DNA of 64,000 nucleotides, from NCBI GenBank assembly GCA_014905635.1, contig JABVCE010000013.1, positions 1 to 64,000 on the forward strand, written 5' to 3'. Under the pieces are notes generated by a model. It saw nothing but the letters and a program-made list of their open reading frames with translations. It did not search any database and was not told the origin of the DNA. The number at the start of each line of letters is the position of its first letter. The stretch's first letter is position 1. Source of the stretch: Scenedesmus sp. PABB004. Lineage: Eukaryota. Shown in pieces: positions 35,601 to 47,263 of the stretch. The translations under genes were made by a program, and so were the position numbers.

Positions 35601-38600
35601 AGCCGAGGTCGGGCCGCGCGGGCGGCCGCAGTGCAGTCTGGCGCGCGGCGCGGTGGCGGCCGCCGAGGGCTGCCGTGGCGCCGCCGGGTGTGCCGCGCAG
35701 GCGAGTTTTACGAGATCAAGTGCCACGAGGGCCCCGTGTCGCGCCTGCGCGTGAGCTACGACGACTGCCTGCTCGTGTCGGCGGGCGAGGACGGCTCGGT
35801 GGTGCTCATGGACATTCGCGACAAGGAGCTGGCCAAGGCCAGCGTGCGCCAGCAGCAGGCGCGGCGCCGCTCGACCAGGCCCCCCGCAGCCTGCCTGCGC
35901 CGGCCGGGCGGCCCCACGGCGCATCGACGCGGGAGCTGAGCCTCCGCTGCCGCCGCGCAGGAGCGGCTGCCGTGGAGCGAGGAGGTGCTGGTCAGCAAGA
36001 GCGAGCTGGAGGAGCGCCGGGGCCACGTGGCTGAGCTGGAGCAGCAGGTAGCGGAGCTCACGATGCAGACGGAGTACCAGCTGCGCCTCAAGGACCTGCA
36101 CGTGCAGGCAAGCGCGCGCGCGCGCGCAGCTGCTGCCCCCGAGTCTGCGCCTGCAGCCCGCGCAGCGGCTCGGCCTGGCGCCGGCCCACACCTCACTCGT
36201 GCCGCGCCGCGCCGCCCCGCCGCAGGAGCGCATCAAGGAGCTGACCGACCGCTTTGGCGCCGACCTGGAGGGCGGGCGGCACAAGCTGGACGCGCTGCTG
36301 GCGGAGAAGAACGAGCTGGAGCTGGAGTACGAGGAGAAGCTCAAGCAGGTGCGCTGTGCGCATGCGGGGGCGCGGCAGCGCACAGCGCACAGCGCACGGC
36401 AGGCGCAGCGCGGCCGGCGCGCGGCGAGCGGCCGCGCCGTTCTGCGGTGCGCGGCGGCTGACGCGGCCGCCGCTGTGGCGCCGCGCGCGCCAGGCGGACG
36501 CGCGGCACGCGTCGCAGCTGGCGGCGCTGGACGCGCAGTACCAGGGGCGCATGATGGCCGAGGTGGAGCGCTTCCAGACGCTGCTGCAGGAGAAGGAGGC
36601 GCTGAACGAGCGGTGAGCGGTGGCGTGCCTGCACCGCGCCGCGCGGGACGAGGCGGCTCGCGGGCCAGGGGGCGGCGGGCCTGCAGAGTGCAGCTGCGCC
36701 GCCGCGCGGCCTCGAGCCCGCCCGCCGCCGCGGTGCCACCGCCGCGCCCGCACCGCGCCAGATGGGACGAGCAGAACGCGCTGCTGGTGGAGAGCCACGA
36801 GCGCGTGATCGCGGAGCTGGCGGAGGAGGCGGAGGCCAAGCTCGCGGAGGAGGTGCTCGCGGCGGAGGGGCTGCGCCAGGAGAAGGAGGCGCTGGAGCGC
36901 GAGGCGGCCGAGGCGCGTGCGGGCGCCTGGCCGGCTGCCGCGCCGCCGCTCGGCGCCGCTAGTGCCTCTGCAGCTCGCGCGGCGCGGCGCGCGCTCAGTG
37001 CGCTGCGCGGCCGCCGCGTCGCGGCGCAGGTGAAGCGGCAGCTGGAGGAGGACGCGGACCGCGAGATCGAGGAGCTCAAGGACAAGTACGAGCAGCGCCT
37101 CGCCGGCGAGCGCGAGGCGTGCCTGCGGCTCAAGGGCGAGAACGGCATCATGCGCAAGAAGTTCCAGGCGCTGCAGAAGGACATTGAGGAGCAGCGCGAG
37201 CAGCTCAGCCTGCAGCACGAGCAGCAGAAGGAGCTCTACACCACCATCAAGGGTGGGCCACGCCGCCGCCACGCCGCGCCGCCGCGCAGCCCCCGTCCCG
37301 CTGTGCGCGCTGGCCGCTGACGCGGCGCGCCGCCGGCGGCGCCGCCGCCGCGTGCAGGGCTGGAGAAGGACATTGGCGGCCTGAAGCGCGAGATCCGGGA
37401 GCGCGACGAGACGATCGGCGACAAGGAGCGCCGCATCTACGAGCTCAAGAAGAGGAACCAGGAGCTGGAGAAATTCAAGTTTGTGCTCGACTACAAGATC
37501 AAGGAGCTCAAAAAGCAGGCGCGCGCGCGCCACCAGCGGCGAATGGGCGCCGGCGGCGCGTGGGCCGGCGCGGCTGACGCACCGTGCGCGCGCGCGTGCG
37601 CCGCCGCCAGATCGAGCCGCGCGAGGTGGAGGTCGGCGAGATGCGGGAGACCATCCGCGCCATGGACAGCGAGCTGGAGCGCTACCACAAGAGCAACGCG
37701 AGGCTGGACCTCACCATCCAGGCGCGCCGCTGCGCCCGCGCGGCGGCGCGCGGCGCGCCAGCGTCAGCGCTGACGCTCGCCCGCCCGCGGCCGCGCGCTG
37801 CTGCCCCGTCGGCGGCGGGGCGCAGAACCTGCGGCTCAAGGAGCACGGCCTGCAGGGCGAGGTGGTGGTGCAGCGGGGGGCGCGCGCCGACACGGAGCAG
37901 GCGGTGCGCCGGCTGCAGTCAGACATCGCTGAGCTGGCGGGCGCGATGCAGGACCCCAAGACGCTCAAGGACAAGGCGCGGCGCGCACCGCACGGCGAGG
38001 CCCCGCGCGGCGCGGCGCCGCCGGCGGCGGGCCCCGACCCTGTCCCCCCGCCCTCTGTGTGCGTGATTCCAGGTCAAGGCCCTGTACCAGCGCCACTGCG
38101 TGGACCCCGCGGGCGCGCCCGGCAGCCCGAGCGCCGCCAGCGGCCGCGGCGCCGCGATCGCCTCCCGCCCCGCCGCCGGCGCGCCAGGTGGGGCTGCAAT
38201 CCGAGCTTCGCGCGCGCGCGCGCCGCCCTGCTGGCCTGCTCCCGCCGCCCAGCGCGCCGCTGCCCGCCCGCGCCCGGCCTGCGTCGCGCACCGCGCGCCA
38301 GGCGGCGACGTGAGCGGCGAGTACGCGCGGCAGCGGAGCTACCTGGAGAAGATGATCGAGGGCCTGAAGCGCAAGCTCGCGGCCGACGCCGAGGCGCACC
38401 GCGCGGACGAGCTGCGCGTAATGGGCCAGAACGTGACGCTCATCAAGGAGATCAACGAGCTGCGCCGCGAGATCAAGGCGCGCGCGCTCGGCGGCGGCTG
38501 TCCGCCGCGCTCTCGCGGTCCGTGCGTCGCCGCTGGGCTCTGACCGCGCCCCCGCCGCGCGCCCGCAGACGCTCAAGACGGCGTCCGCGGCCGGCCGGGG

Positions 38601-39273
38601 CGGCGCGGCGGGCGCGCTGCGCGCGACCGCCGCCGGCCCCCGCGGCGTGGCGGGCCTCGGCAGCCAGGCGAGCGCCGGCAGCCTCAAGGGCGGGCTCAGC
38701 AGCGCGGCGCTGCAGCAGCAGGCGGCCGCGGCGGCGGCCGCGGCGGCGGCCGCGGCGGCGGCGCACCAGGAGGAGGCGCAGGCGCTGGCGCGGGAGCTGG
38801 ACATGCAGCGCGAGCTGATCGCCAGGCTGCGCGCCGAGCTGGAGGGCCGGGACGAGCACATCCGGGGCCTGCAGGCGGCCGCGGCGCCGCGGCCGACGTC
38901 GCTGGACGGCGCGGCAGCGGGGCCGGCGGTCGCGGGCGGCGCTGGGCGCACCAGCAGCAGCGGCGGCGGCGGCCGGCCCGGCAGCGCGGTGCCGGGCAGC
39001 CGTGGCAGCAGCCGGCGAGTGACGGGCGACCTGCAGCAGCTGGCGCGGCCCGGCAGCGGCAGGGCGGCCAGCCGGGCGGCGCCGGGGCCGTCGGCGGTGG
39101 CCGCCGACGACGCGGCGGGCGAGACGGGCCTGCGCAGCCGCGGCGGCAGCGATGCAGCGGCCGGCGGGGGTGACGGGCGGCTGGAGCCCGCGCCGTGGGA
39201 GACCGAGGATGAGGTCGACGCGGCAGCGGGCGGCGGCGAGGCGGCAGCGCTGATTGACGGCGCGGCCACGTGA
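32640..39273 (+). CDS. CFAP57: Cilia- and flagella-associated protein 57 (FAP57/WDR65) family, about 23 exons
   Basis: N-terminal WD40 region (AFGF...[72 protein letters not shown]) followed by a coiled coil ([52 protein letters not shown]). Which paralog it is cannot be resolved here. Confidence 0.93.
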
Positions 39274-39374
39274 TCGCTGGGGTGCCGAGGGCGCAGGCGG
39301 GTTACGCCGGCCGCCGCTTGGCCAGCGGCGTGCAACGCGTGGCACCCGCTGTGACGTTGGGCACCAGTGCAGTG

Positions 39375-40748
39375 TCACCGCCCCGCTCCCATGCGTGGCC
39401 AGAGCTCGCCGCTCACGATCTTGGCCAGCAGCTGGTCCGACTCGCTCTTGGCGGCGCCGCCCGGCGGCTCCGCTGGCTGCTGCTGCTGCTGCGCCGGCGC
39501 GCCCGGCCGCGCGCGCTTCTGCCCCACCACCACGACCGAGGTCACGCCTGCCTGGTGCGCGCCGGCGAGGCTGCCGCCCGCCTGCTCGCGCGCCGCCGCA
39601 GCCGCCGTCGCTGCGAGCGTGATCTCGCGACTCATCGCGTCCACGTCGCGCCGCAGCTTGCCCTGCGCGGCAAAGCGCCAGTCAGTCAGTGACGGCGCCG
39701 GCGGCGGCGGCAATGTGGTGGTGCGCCGCCGCGCGCCGCCGACGCCGTGGCGCCGCACCGCACCTTGGGGTCCAGCACGCCCGCGGGCAGGTCGCGCGGC
39801 GTGGGGTTGGCGAGGTCCTGCGACTTGAGCACGTGGTGCAGGCTGGTCAGCCAGCCCACCAGGTCCTGCAGCTCAACCACCTGCGGCGGCGGGGGGCGAA
39901 GGGCTCGCGGCCGCCGCGGCAGCAGCGCCGGCGCGGCGCCCCAGGTGCCGCTGCCGCCACTGCCTGCTGCGTACCTGGCCCTCGGCATACTCCAGGGCGA
40001 CGTTGGGCTGCGCCGCCAGCTGCGCCAGCCCGCCCGGCATCGCAGCGCGCCACGCCGCCTCCTGCTCGACCTGCTCCGGCAGCAGCCGGCTCGCCAGCAG
40101 CTCCGGTATGCCTGCGCGGGGCGGGCGGCCGTGCGCGAGCGCCGCCGCCGCCGCAGCGACCGCGCCGCGCCGGCGGGGGGCGGCGCGGCGTCGCGCGCGA
40201 CGCGCTGCGGCGCGGGCACTCACTGTTTTCGATGCCCGGGTTGTCCACAAACTTGGGGTAGATGATGTACTGCCGCAGCAGCGGCCGCACCTCGGCCATG
40301 ATCTGGCCGCGCCGGCGGGCGCGGCGGGCAGGCGGCGCCGCGTGTGAGCCGGCGCAGCGCGGCCGGCGGCGGCGCCGCCGCGGGCGGGGGGCGCGCCGCG
40401 CCTGCATGTGCGTCATGTTGATGACCGCGAGCTTGTCCAGGAACGCCGTCCAGTGCGCGCCCTGGCTCTGCATCTCTACCAGCAGCGTGTCCACGACGCG
40501 GATGAGGTCGGCGACGCGCTGCTGCACCTGCGCCGCGCCGCGCGCAGCAGCGGCGCCGCCGGCGTCGCGGCGAGGCCGCGACTCCGCGCGCCGGCCGCGG
40601 CGCGCCCTCCCGGCCGCGCTGTTGCCGGGCTCAACGCCCAGCGCACCGCCTTGAGGTTGAGCTGCTCCGGGCCGGAGCCCAGGCAGAGCTGGGCCAGCGA
40701 GCCCTGCTGCTGCTGCTGCGCAGATGCCGCCGCTGCCGCCGCGGCCAT
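39375..40748 (-). CDS. MED8: Mediator subunit 8-like protein
   Basis: Spliced product QLNLKAVQQRVADLIRVV...HWTAFLDKLAVINM...YIIYPKFV...IPELLASRLLPEQ resembles plant MED8 as I recall it (QLNL..V, W..IL, P..LSSKLLPE). Confidence 0.7.
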
Positions 40749-41655
40749 GGCGGGCGGCCTGGCGCGACCGCGCGCCACTCGGTGGCCCCGTGGGAGGCGC
40801 TGCCACGCCTGGGCACGCGCGAAAGTAGCACCGGCGCGGCGAGCGAGCGGCGGCGGCGGCCGCGGACGCAAAAAACCGGCGCAGCGCGGCGTGCGGGAGC
40901 GGCGCTGGAGTCAGGGGCGGGCGGGCCAACGAGCTGTGGGCATTGGGGCGCTGGGGCGCGCTTGTCGCAGGAGAACAGGGAGCGGTTGGCGGTTCAGCGG
41001 CCCGGAGCCACGGAGCGCCGCACTCGAGGCGGGAGGACCGTGGAGGCCGGTGGCGGCGTGATGGCGGCGGCGTGCGGGCGGTGACCGCGGCTGAGGGCTG
41101 CCCCCCAGGCGCCCCCAGCTGGGGCTGGCGGCGAGTTCGGCCGGCGGGCGAGGTCCCGGGCGCGCGGCGAGCCGACCGCGTCGCAGCAGTCGCCGCCTGG
41201 ACCTCCCAGCGCGGGCCCCAAACACCGGCTGAGAGGGGCTTCCTGGGGCCGGCCGGAGGAGCAGCCGCGGCAGCGCCACCGCCGCGTCACCCGCGCGGGG
41301 CCGCTGCTCGCGTGGCGGCGCCGGCCTCCTGCGGCCACGGCGGGCCCGCGTCTTTCACAGCTCTGTTTGTTTGTTTCGGGCCGTGCGCGCTCGCGCGCGG
41401 TGGCGGCGGGACCTGGTCTCCGCGCAGTTCGGTGTGAAGGACGTGAGAGATGGCCCGCGCGCCCGGCCGCCCGCGCCGGCGCCTGCTCGCGCCGCCCGCT
41501 CCCACGGCAGCACATCGATCAGTCACGCACGCAGACCGGCCGGGATCAGCGAAGCAGGCAGCGCAGGGAGCACACGCGGCCGCGACAGCGCAGGAGACAC
41601 CCGCACCGCGCGACGGCAGCGGCTGCCCTGCGGGCATGCGCTCGGGCAGATAGGC

Positions 41656-44553
41656 ATGGCGCGTCGGGCTGGAGGGATGGTGGCCGCGGCGCTGCTGCTC
41701 GCGCTGGCGCTCGGCCCGGCCGTCGCGCTGGGCGGCGAGCAGCAGAGCGCCGCGCCCGGGCGACGCCTGCAGCAGCGGCCGCTGGCGTGCACGGCGGTGC
41801 ACAGGGCCTGTCGCTCCTGCCGGGCGCAGCGCATACCGGGCACGCGGCGCACCGAGGTGCTCTGCAGCGTCTGCGAGGCAGGCTGGCGCCTGCGGCGAGA
41901 CGGCATCGGCAAGACGTGCGGTGAGCGCCCCGGCGTGGAGCTGCTGCACCAGACGCAGCGGCGCGGCGCCGGCGGCGCCCGGCGCGCCGCGCGCGCTGCG
42001 CGCGCCGCCGCGGCCGCCGCCCGCGCGCGCACCCCGACGCCCGCGGCGCCCGCCCGCAGACTGCGCGCCGGGCATGGCCCTGAACGGCTCGGCGTCCGAC
42101 GCGGGAGCGTGGTGCGCCGCCTGCCCGGCCGGCCAGTTCTGCCCCGGCGGCGACCGCAACAACCCCTCGAGCGCGCCGCGCGACTGCGCGGCCGGCCTCG
42201 CGACGATGAGCGCCGGCGCCAAGAGCGAGGCGCAGTGCTTCACGACGCCCGGCTTTGGCCGCGTCGCGCAGCGCCAGGCCAACGGCGCCGTCGCGCTCGT
42301 GGCGCAGCGCTGCGCCGTCGGCAGCTACAACGTCGGCCGCAACACCGCGGGCTGCCAGCGGTGCAACCCCGGGCTCACGACCGTGACCGAGGGCGCGGCC
42401 GCGATGAGCGACTGCGGTGCGCGCGCGCCCCGGGGCGCCGCTGCGCGCGGGCGCCGCTGCGCGCGGCGGCGGGGCGGCCTGCACGCCGCGGCGCGACGCC
42501 TCGTGCCGCCGCCGCCGCCGCCGCCGCAGTCGCGCCGCCCGGGTCGTACTACGATCGTGGCATGGGCCGGCTGTGCCCGCGGGGGACGTTCAGCACCAAC
42601 TTCACCGCCGGCGACGCGAGCTGCACGCCCTGCGCGCCGGGCGTGACCACGGCGGCCGAGGGCAGCAACAGCAGCGACGCGTGCGGCCTCGCGGCGCGCG
42701 GCTTCCACATGTCTGGGCCGGGCGTGGCCGCGGCCTGCCCCGTCGATACGTACAGCGACGTCGAGAGCGCCAACACGGAGTGCACGCCCTGCCCCAGCGG
42801 TGCGCGCGCGCAGCGCGGCGCGGCCGGGCGCCGGCTGCCCCGCCGCGGGCGCGGAGCGGCGGCTCACGCGCGCCCGCGGTGCGACAGGCCTGCGCACACT
42901 GGACGAGGCCTCGACCGGCGTGGCGCTGTGCCTGATGCCGCCGGGGATGGAGCTGGCGGCCAACGCGACCGTCATTACTGAGTGCGCGATCGGGTTTTAC
43001 AAGGAGGGCTGGAACCGCAACCCCTGCGTGCCGGTGAGAGCTCGCTGCGGCAGCACGCGCTGCGCGCCGCGCGCTGCGTCTCGCACGCGCCACGCGCCGC
43101 CCGCCGGCCGCCCCCGCCGACGCGCCGCCGCCGCGTCTGGCGCGGCCCCGCAGTGCGGCGCGGGGGTGGTCACGGCCGAGACGGGCAGCGTGGGGCGCGA
43201 CGCGTGCCTCGTGCCCGCGGGGTGGGGCCTGGCCTCGTACTTCCCGCTCACCGCCAAGCCCTGCACCAACAACACCTACGGCGACGACGTCCCGCGCGCC
43301 GCCGTCTCCAACGCGCGCTGCCTGCCCTGCACGCCCGGCATGTACACGCGCGACGTGCTCGACAACGCGCTCGCGCCCGCGGGCTACAGCAGCGAGCAGG
43401 AGTGCCTGGTGCCGCCGGGGTGGGGCACGACCACCACCGACCAGGTGCAGCGCTGCGACCCGGGCACGTTCAACCCGGGGCGCAACCGCGAGCCCTGCCA
43501 GCCCTGCGCGACGGGGTTCACGACCCTCGCCCCCGGCGCGACGAGCAGCGACGCGTGCGTGGTGCAGCCCGGCTGGTGAGCGACCGCGCCGCGCGCGCGC
43601 CGGCGCACCCGCCGGCCAGGCGGCGCGCTCACCGCTGCCGCCGCCGCCGCCGCCGCGCAGGGCTGTGGATCCGGGCGCCGGCGTGCCGCTGCCGTGCAAC
43701 GTCGGCACCTACTCGGTCGGCGGCACCGCTGACAGCCCCGGCGGCGCGTGCGTCGCCTGCCCCGCCGGCTTCACCACGCAGTCACAGGAGGCAACGGCGC
43801 TGTCGGACTGCGATCGTGAGCGCCGCTGCCGCGGAGCAGCCCGGCGCGGCGCCGCACGCAGGCCGCCGCCGCCGCCGCGCGCGCGGGCCCGGCCTCGCCG
43901 CCCACCCCCTGCCCCCGCCCCGCTGCTGCTGCGCAGTGTGCAAGCCCGGCTACGGCGGCGACGCGTGCGGGGTGTGCGGGTACAACACCTACAGCCCCGG
44001 CACGGCGGCGGGCGAGCCCTGCCAGCCGTGCGCGGCGGGCAGCGTGAGCGCGCGGCTGAGCGCAGCGCAGGAGCAGTGCGTGGCCGACATGCAGCAGCTC
44101 GACGGCGACGTGCTCTCCCTCAGCGACGCCGGCGCGTGGGCCAACAGCAGCGCGGGCAGCGCGAGCGCGTGCAGCACCGCGTGCGGCGGCGCCGCCGACT
44201 GCGTCATGTACCGCTGGAGCGGCGACAGCGGCGGCGCGTGCCAGCTCCTGCTCGCGAACCCGGGCGCGAGCCCGGCCCAGCAGTGGGGCTTCAAGCTGCC
44301 CCTGGGGTACGACTTCAGCCTGTACACCCTGCCCGCGGGGCTGACGGCGGGGCGGCTGGTGTCGACACTGCCCGACGTGAGCCTCGAGGCGTGCATGCAG
44401 ACCTGCGCGCTCTCGGGCAGCTGCGAGCTCGTGAGCTTCCCCTCCGGCGTCAGCAGCGGGCTGTGCCGGCTCTGGGACAGCGAGCTCGACCCCGTCTGGG
44501 TGAGCATGTGGCACGTCACCGGCGCGAGCCTCTACAGCGACCGCGGCATGTGA
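41656..44553 (+). CDS. Secreted Cys-rich repeat protein (ephrin-receptor-like/GCC-type CxxCPxG repeats) with two C-terminal PAN/apple-like modules
   Basis: Signal peptide VAAALLLALALGPAVALG; repeats CAACPAGQFC, CPRGTFS, CTPCAPG, CDPGTFN, CQPCATG, CVACPAG; then ACSTACGGAADC and ACMQTCALSGSC. Confidence 0.75.
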
Positions 44554-45513
44554 CCGCCCGCGCCGTGCGCGCTGCCGCCGCCGCGAACGCGGCGGCGCGC
44601 GCGGGCCGTGGCGGACGCGCGGGCATCCGCTCCTCGGCATTGGACTGCTTCGGTGCATCACACCACCGCCACAGCACACCACGCCTCCCCCTTTCTTGCT
44701 CTGTCTATCATCGCCTCGGCGCCGCAGCAGCTGCGGCAATGCGCGCGCGCGCGCCGCGCGCGGCCTGCGCGCCCTTGGAGGCCAGCACTGTTCATGCCCT
44801 TCTCCGTCACATTGCCCCGCTGGGCCAACCAACGTCGCTGGCCGGCCTGGGCCCGCGCATGGCGCGCGCGAGTTGATCCCTGGCTGCCGCCCCCGCTGGC
44901 TGCCTGGACGGCGCCGCGGTGTGTGTTCAGAGTCGGTCGGCGCTCGCGAAACGAGCGCGCGGCGGTGCCGCCGCAGGAACCCAACCGGTGAGCGGCGCGT
45001 GATGATCGGCCGTACAGGCAGGCCGCACACAGGCAGGCCCAAGCCCACTCTTAGTGCATTGTAGATAGGCTTGCGGCGGCGCGCGCATTCTTTGCTGGCG
45101 CCATTTCATGCGCCCAGGCGGCGCGGCTTTGCGGCACGGTAACGCTGCGCTGCCGGCCTGCCGCGCCCCGCGCGCGCTCACGGCAGCCTGCGTGACGTGC
45201 GCGCAGCGCCGGTGGCTTGCCGCCGCGGCTGCCGCTGGCGCGGGCGCGCGGGCATGGCGGCCTGTGGTGTTGCACGCGCGCCGAGCCGCCGCGACCCGCC
45301 GCGGCGCAGGCGCCTGCGTGCGCGCCGCAACGACAGAATACCCTCTTGTTGTTCAAGTCAAGGCAGGGGCGCTCTTACTGTACAACACCCAGAACTATAC
45401 AGCCCAGAACTATACAGTGGCACTGTACAGCCCACCCGCGCCGCGCCAAGTCACGGCAGCACCCGGCCCTGCAGCACTGATCACTGCGGCCCCCGCCGCC
45501 TCGGGCGCCGGCT

Positions 45514-45934
45514 TCACTTGCGCTGGTAGCCCTGGTTGGTGTGGGCGCGCGGGTTCTCCAGCACCTGGCGGCTGTGCAGCAGCGGCGGCGGCGGCGGCGG
45601 CGCTCACGCGCTCAAAGTTAGCGTTGTCCAGGCCGCGCCTGAACATCTGGGTGTGCCCCTGCGAGGGGTGGTCCATGCTCGTCTTGACAGTGCCTGGGGG
45701 CGTGTCGGTTCGGGGGTTGGCTCGCGAGCCGATCGGCGATGAGGGCTCTGCTCCTTCCGCCCCCAGCCCAGCGCGCCTGCCCCCAATGCGCCCAGCGCGC
45801 GACGCACCCGTGGTAGGGTAGTAGTCCATCTTCACGCCGTCGCGCGCGTAGTATTCGACCCGGGAGGCCTCGTTCGGTGGGGCGCGGGTCTCCCAGCCGT
45901 AGTCAGCGGGATGCGGTCCGTTCTGGTGCGCCAT
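45514..45934 (-). CDS. Small hypothetical protein (~87 aa), 3 exons
   Basis: Spliced: MAHQNGPHPADYGWETRAPPNEASRVEYYARDGVKMDYYPTTGTVKTSMDHPSQGHTQMFRRGLDNANFERVLENPRAHTNQGYQRK*. GT-AG introns and strong codon bias. Confidence 0.8.
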
Positions 45935-46226
45935 GGCTGATGGTGGCGTGGGTGGGGCGGCGCGGTGGGGCGCGCGGGCGGCGGAGTGAGGCGCAGCGGC
46001 GGCGCGCGCGCAGCCTGGCGGGCGCGCGGCCGCGTTTCAGCTCGGACCTTCGCCCGCTGGGCTCGCTGCGCCCCTCGCGGACACCTGCCGGTCGATCGGG
46101 GGTACACACGCACCGCGACAGAATGCTGCAATCGCCCAGCTGCGATTTCGGCAGTTGGGCGTCGCTCGCTGCTCTGCTGTCCCCTCTGCTGTCCCCTCTG
46201 CTGCTGTCACCGCGCCTCACCTCTCG

Positions 46227-47119
46227 ATGCTGCAGGGGGCGCGCAGCGGCATGAACCTGCTGATGCGGGCGCGCGCCGCGTCGGCGTGGCCCGGCAGCGG
46301 CAGCGCTGCCGTCTCGGCGAGCTCGCCGTGCAGGCCGCGGCGGCGCTGCTGCTCCGCCGCGCTGCCCCCGAGCGTGGTGGACAAGGCGCACGAGGGCAAG
46401 TCGCTGCGCGACATCATCAAGCTCCCCCCGGGCGCGCTGCAGGGGCTGAAGGAGGGCAAGGCCGACGACATGCTCGCGGGTGCGCCGCGGCGGCGGCGCG
46501 CCCCGCGGCGCGAGCGTGCTGGCGGGCGGCGGGGCGCTCCAGCCAGCCGCCCCCGCTGCGCGCCGCAGCGTTCAACATCAAGACCATCGAGGACCTCGGC
46601 GCCTGGAAGTTTTTCCGCGCCGCGCGGGCCATCGCCACGCTCGCCGCACGCGAGGTGCGCGCGGCCGCGCGCGGCGCGGCGGCGGCGCGGCGGATGCGCT
46701 GCAGCGCGCAGCCGCGCGACCGCGCCACCCGGCCCTGCAGGACGCCGCCAAGCGCCCGCCCGCGGGCGCGGCCAGCAACTTCAACGGGATCGTCGACAAG
46801 GCCTGGGAGTCGGCCTCCCTCACCGAGCTGCTCGCGGCGCCGCCCTCCGCGCTGCAGGGCCTCGCGCCCTGGTGCGGCACCGGGGCGCGCAGCACGCACC
46901 GCCGCCGCGGGCGCACGCCACCGCGGGCGCACGCCGCCGGCTGCCGCGCGCGCGCGACGGACGCTCGCGCGCCCCGCGCCGCCCCGCAGGACCGACGGCG
47001 CGCTCAAGGAGCTTGGCATCAAGACCGTCGGCGACCTCGCGGCGTGGCGCTTCGCGGCGTGGGCCGACGCGATGACCACGCTCGCGGCGTGGGAGCGCGA
47101 CGACTTTGGGTCGCGCTGA
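46227..47119 (+). CDS. Small protein made of two ~70-aa tandem repeats (VDKAxE..SL..P..ALQGL..IKTxxDL)
   Basis: Repeat 1: VDKAHEGKSLRDIIKLPPGALQGL...FNIKTIEDLGAWKFFRAARAIATLAARE. Repeat 2: VDKAWESASLTELLAAPPSALQGL...LGIKTVGDLAAWRFAAWADAMTTLAAWE. Start is 46227 or 46251. Confidence 0.8.
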
Positions 47120-47263
47120 GCGGGCGCGCGCGGGAACGCACTGGGTGACACGGCGGCGGACTCGGCGCCGTTACCAGGCAGCACCGCACGCACGTCACCG
47201 CCGCCCCCGCGCGCGGGCCCGGCCAGCTTGGCCGGCGCGCAAGTGGCGCGAGGCGCTCAGGGC

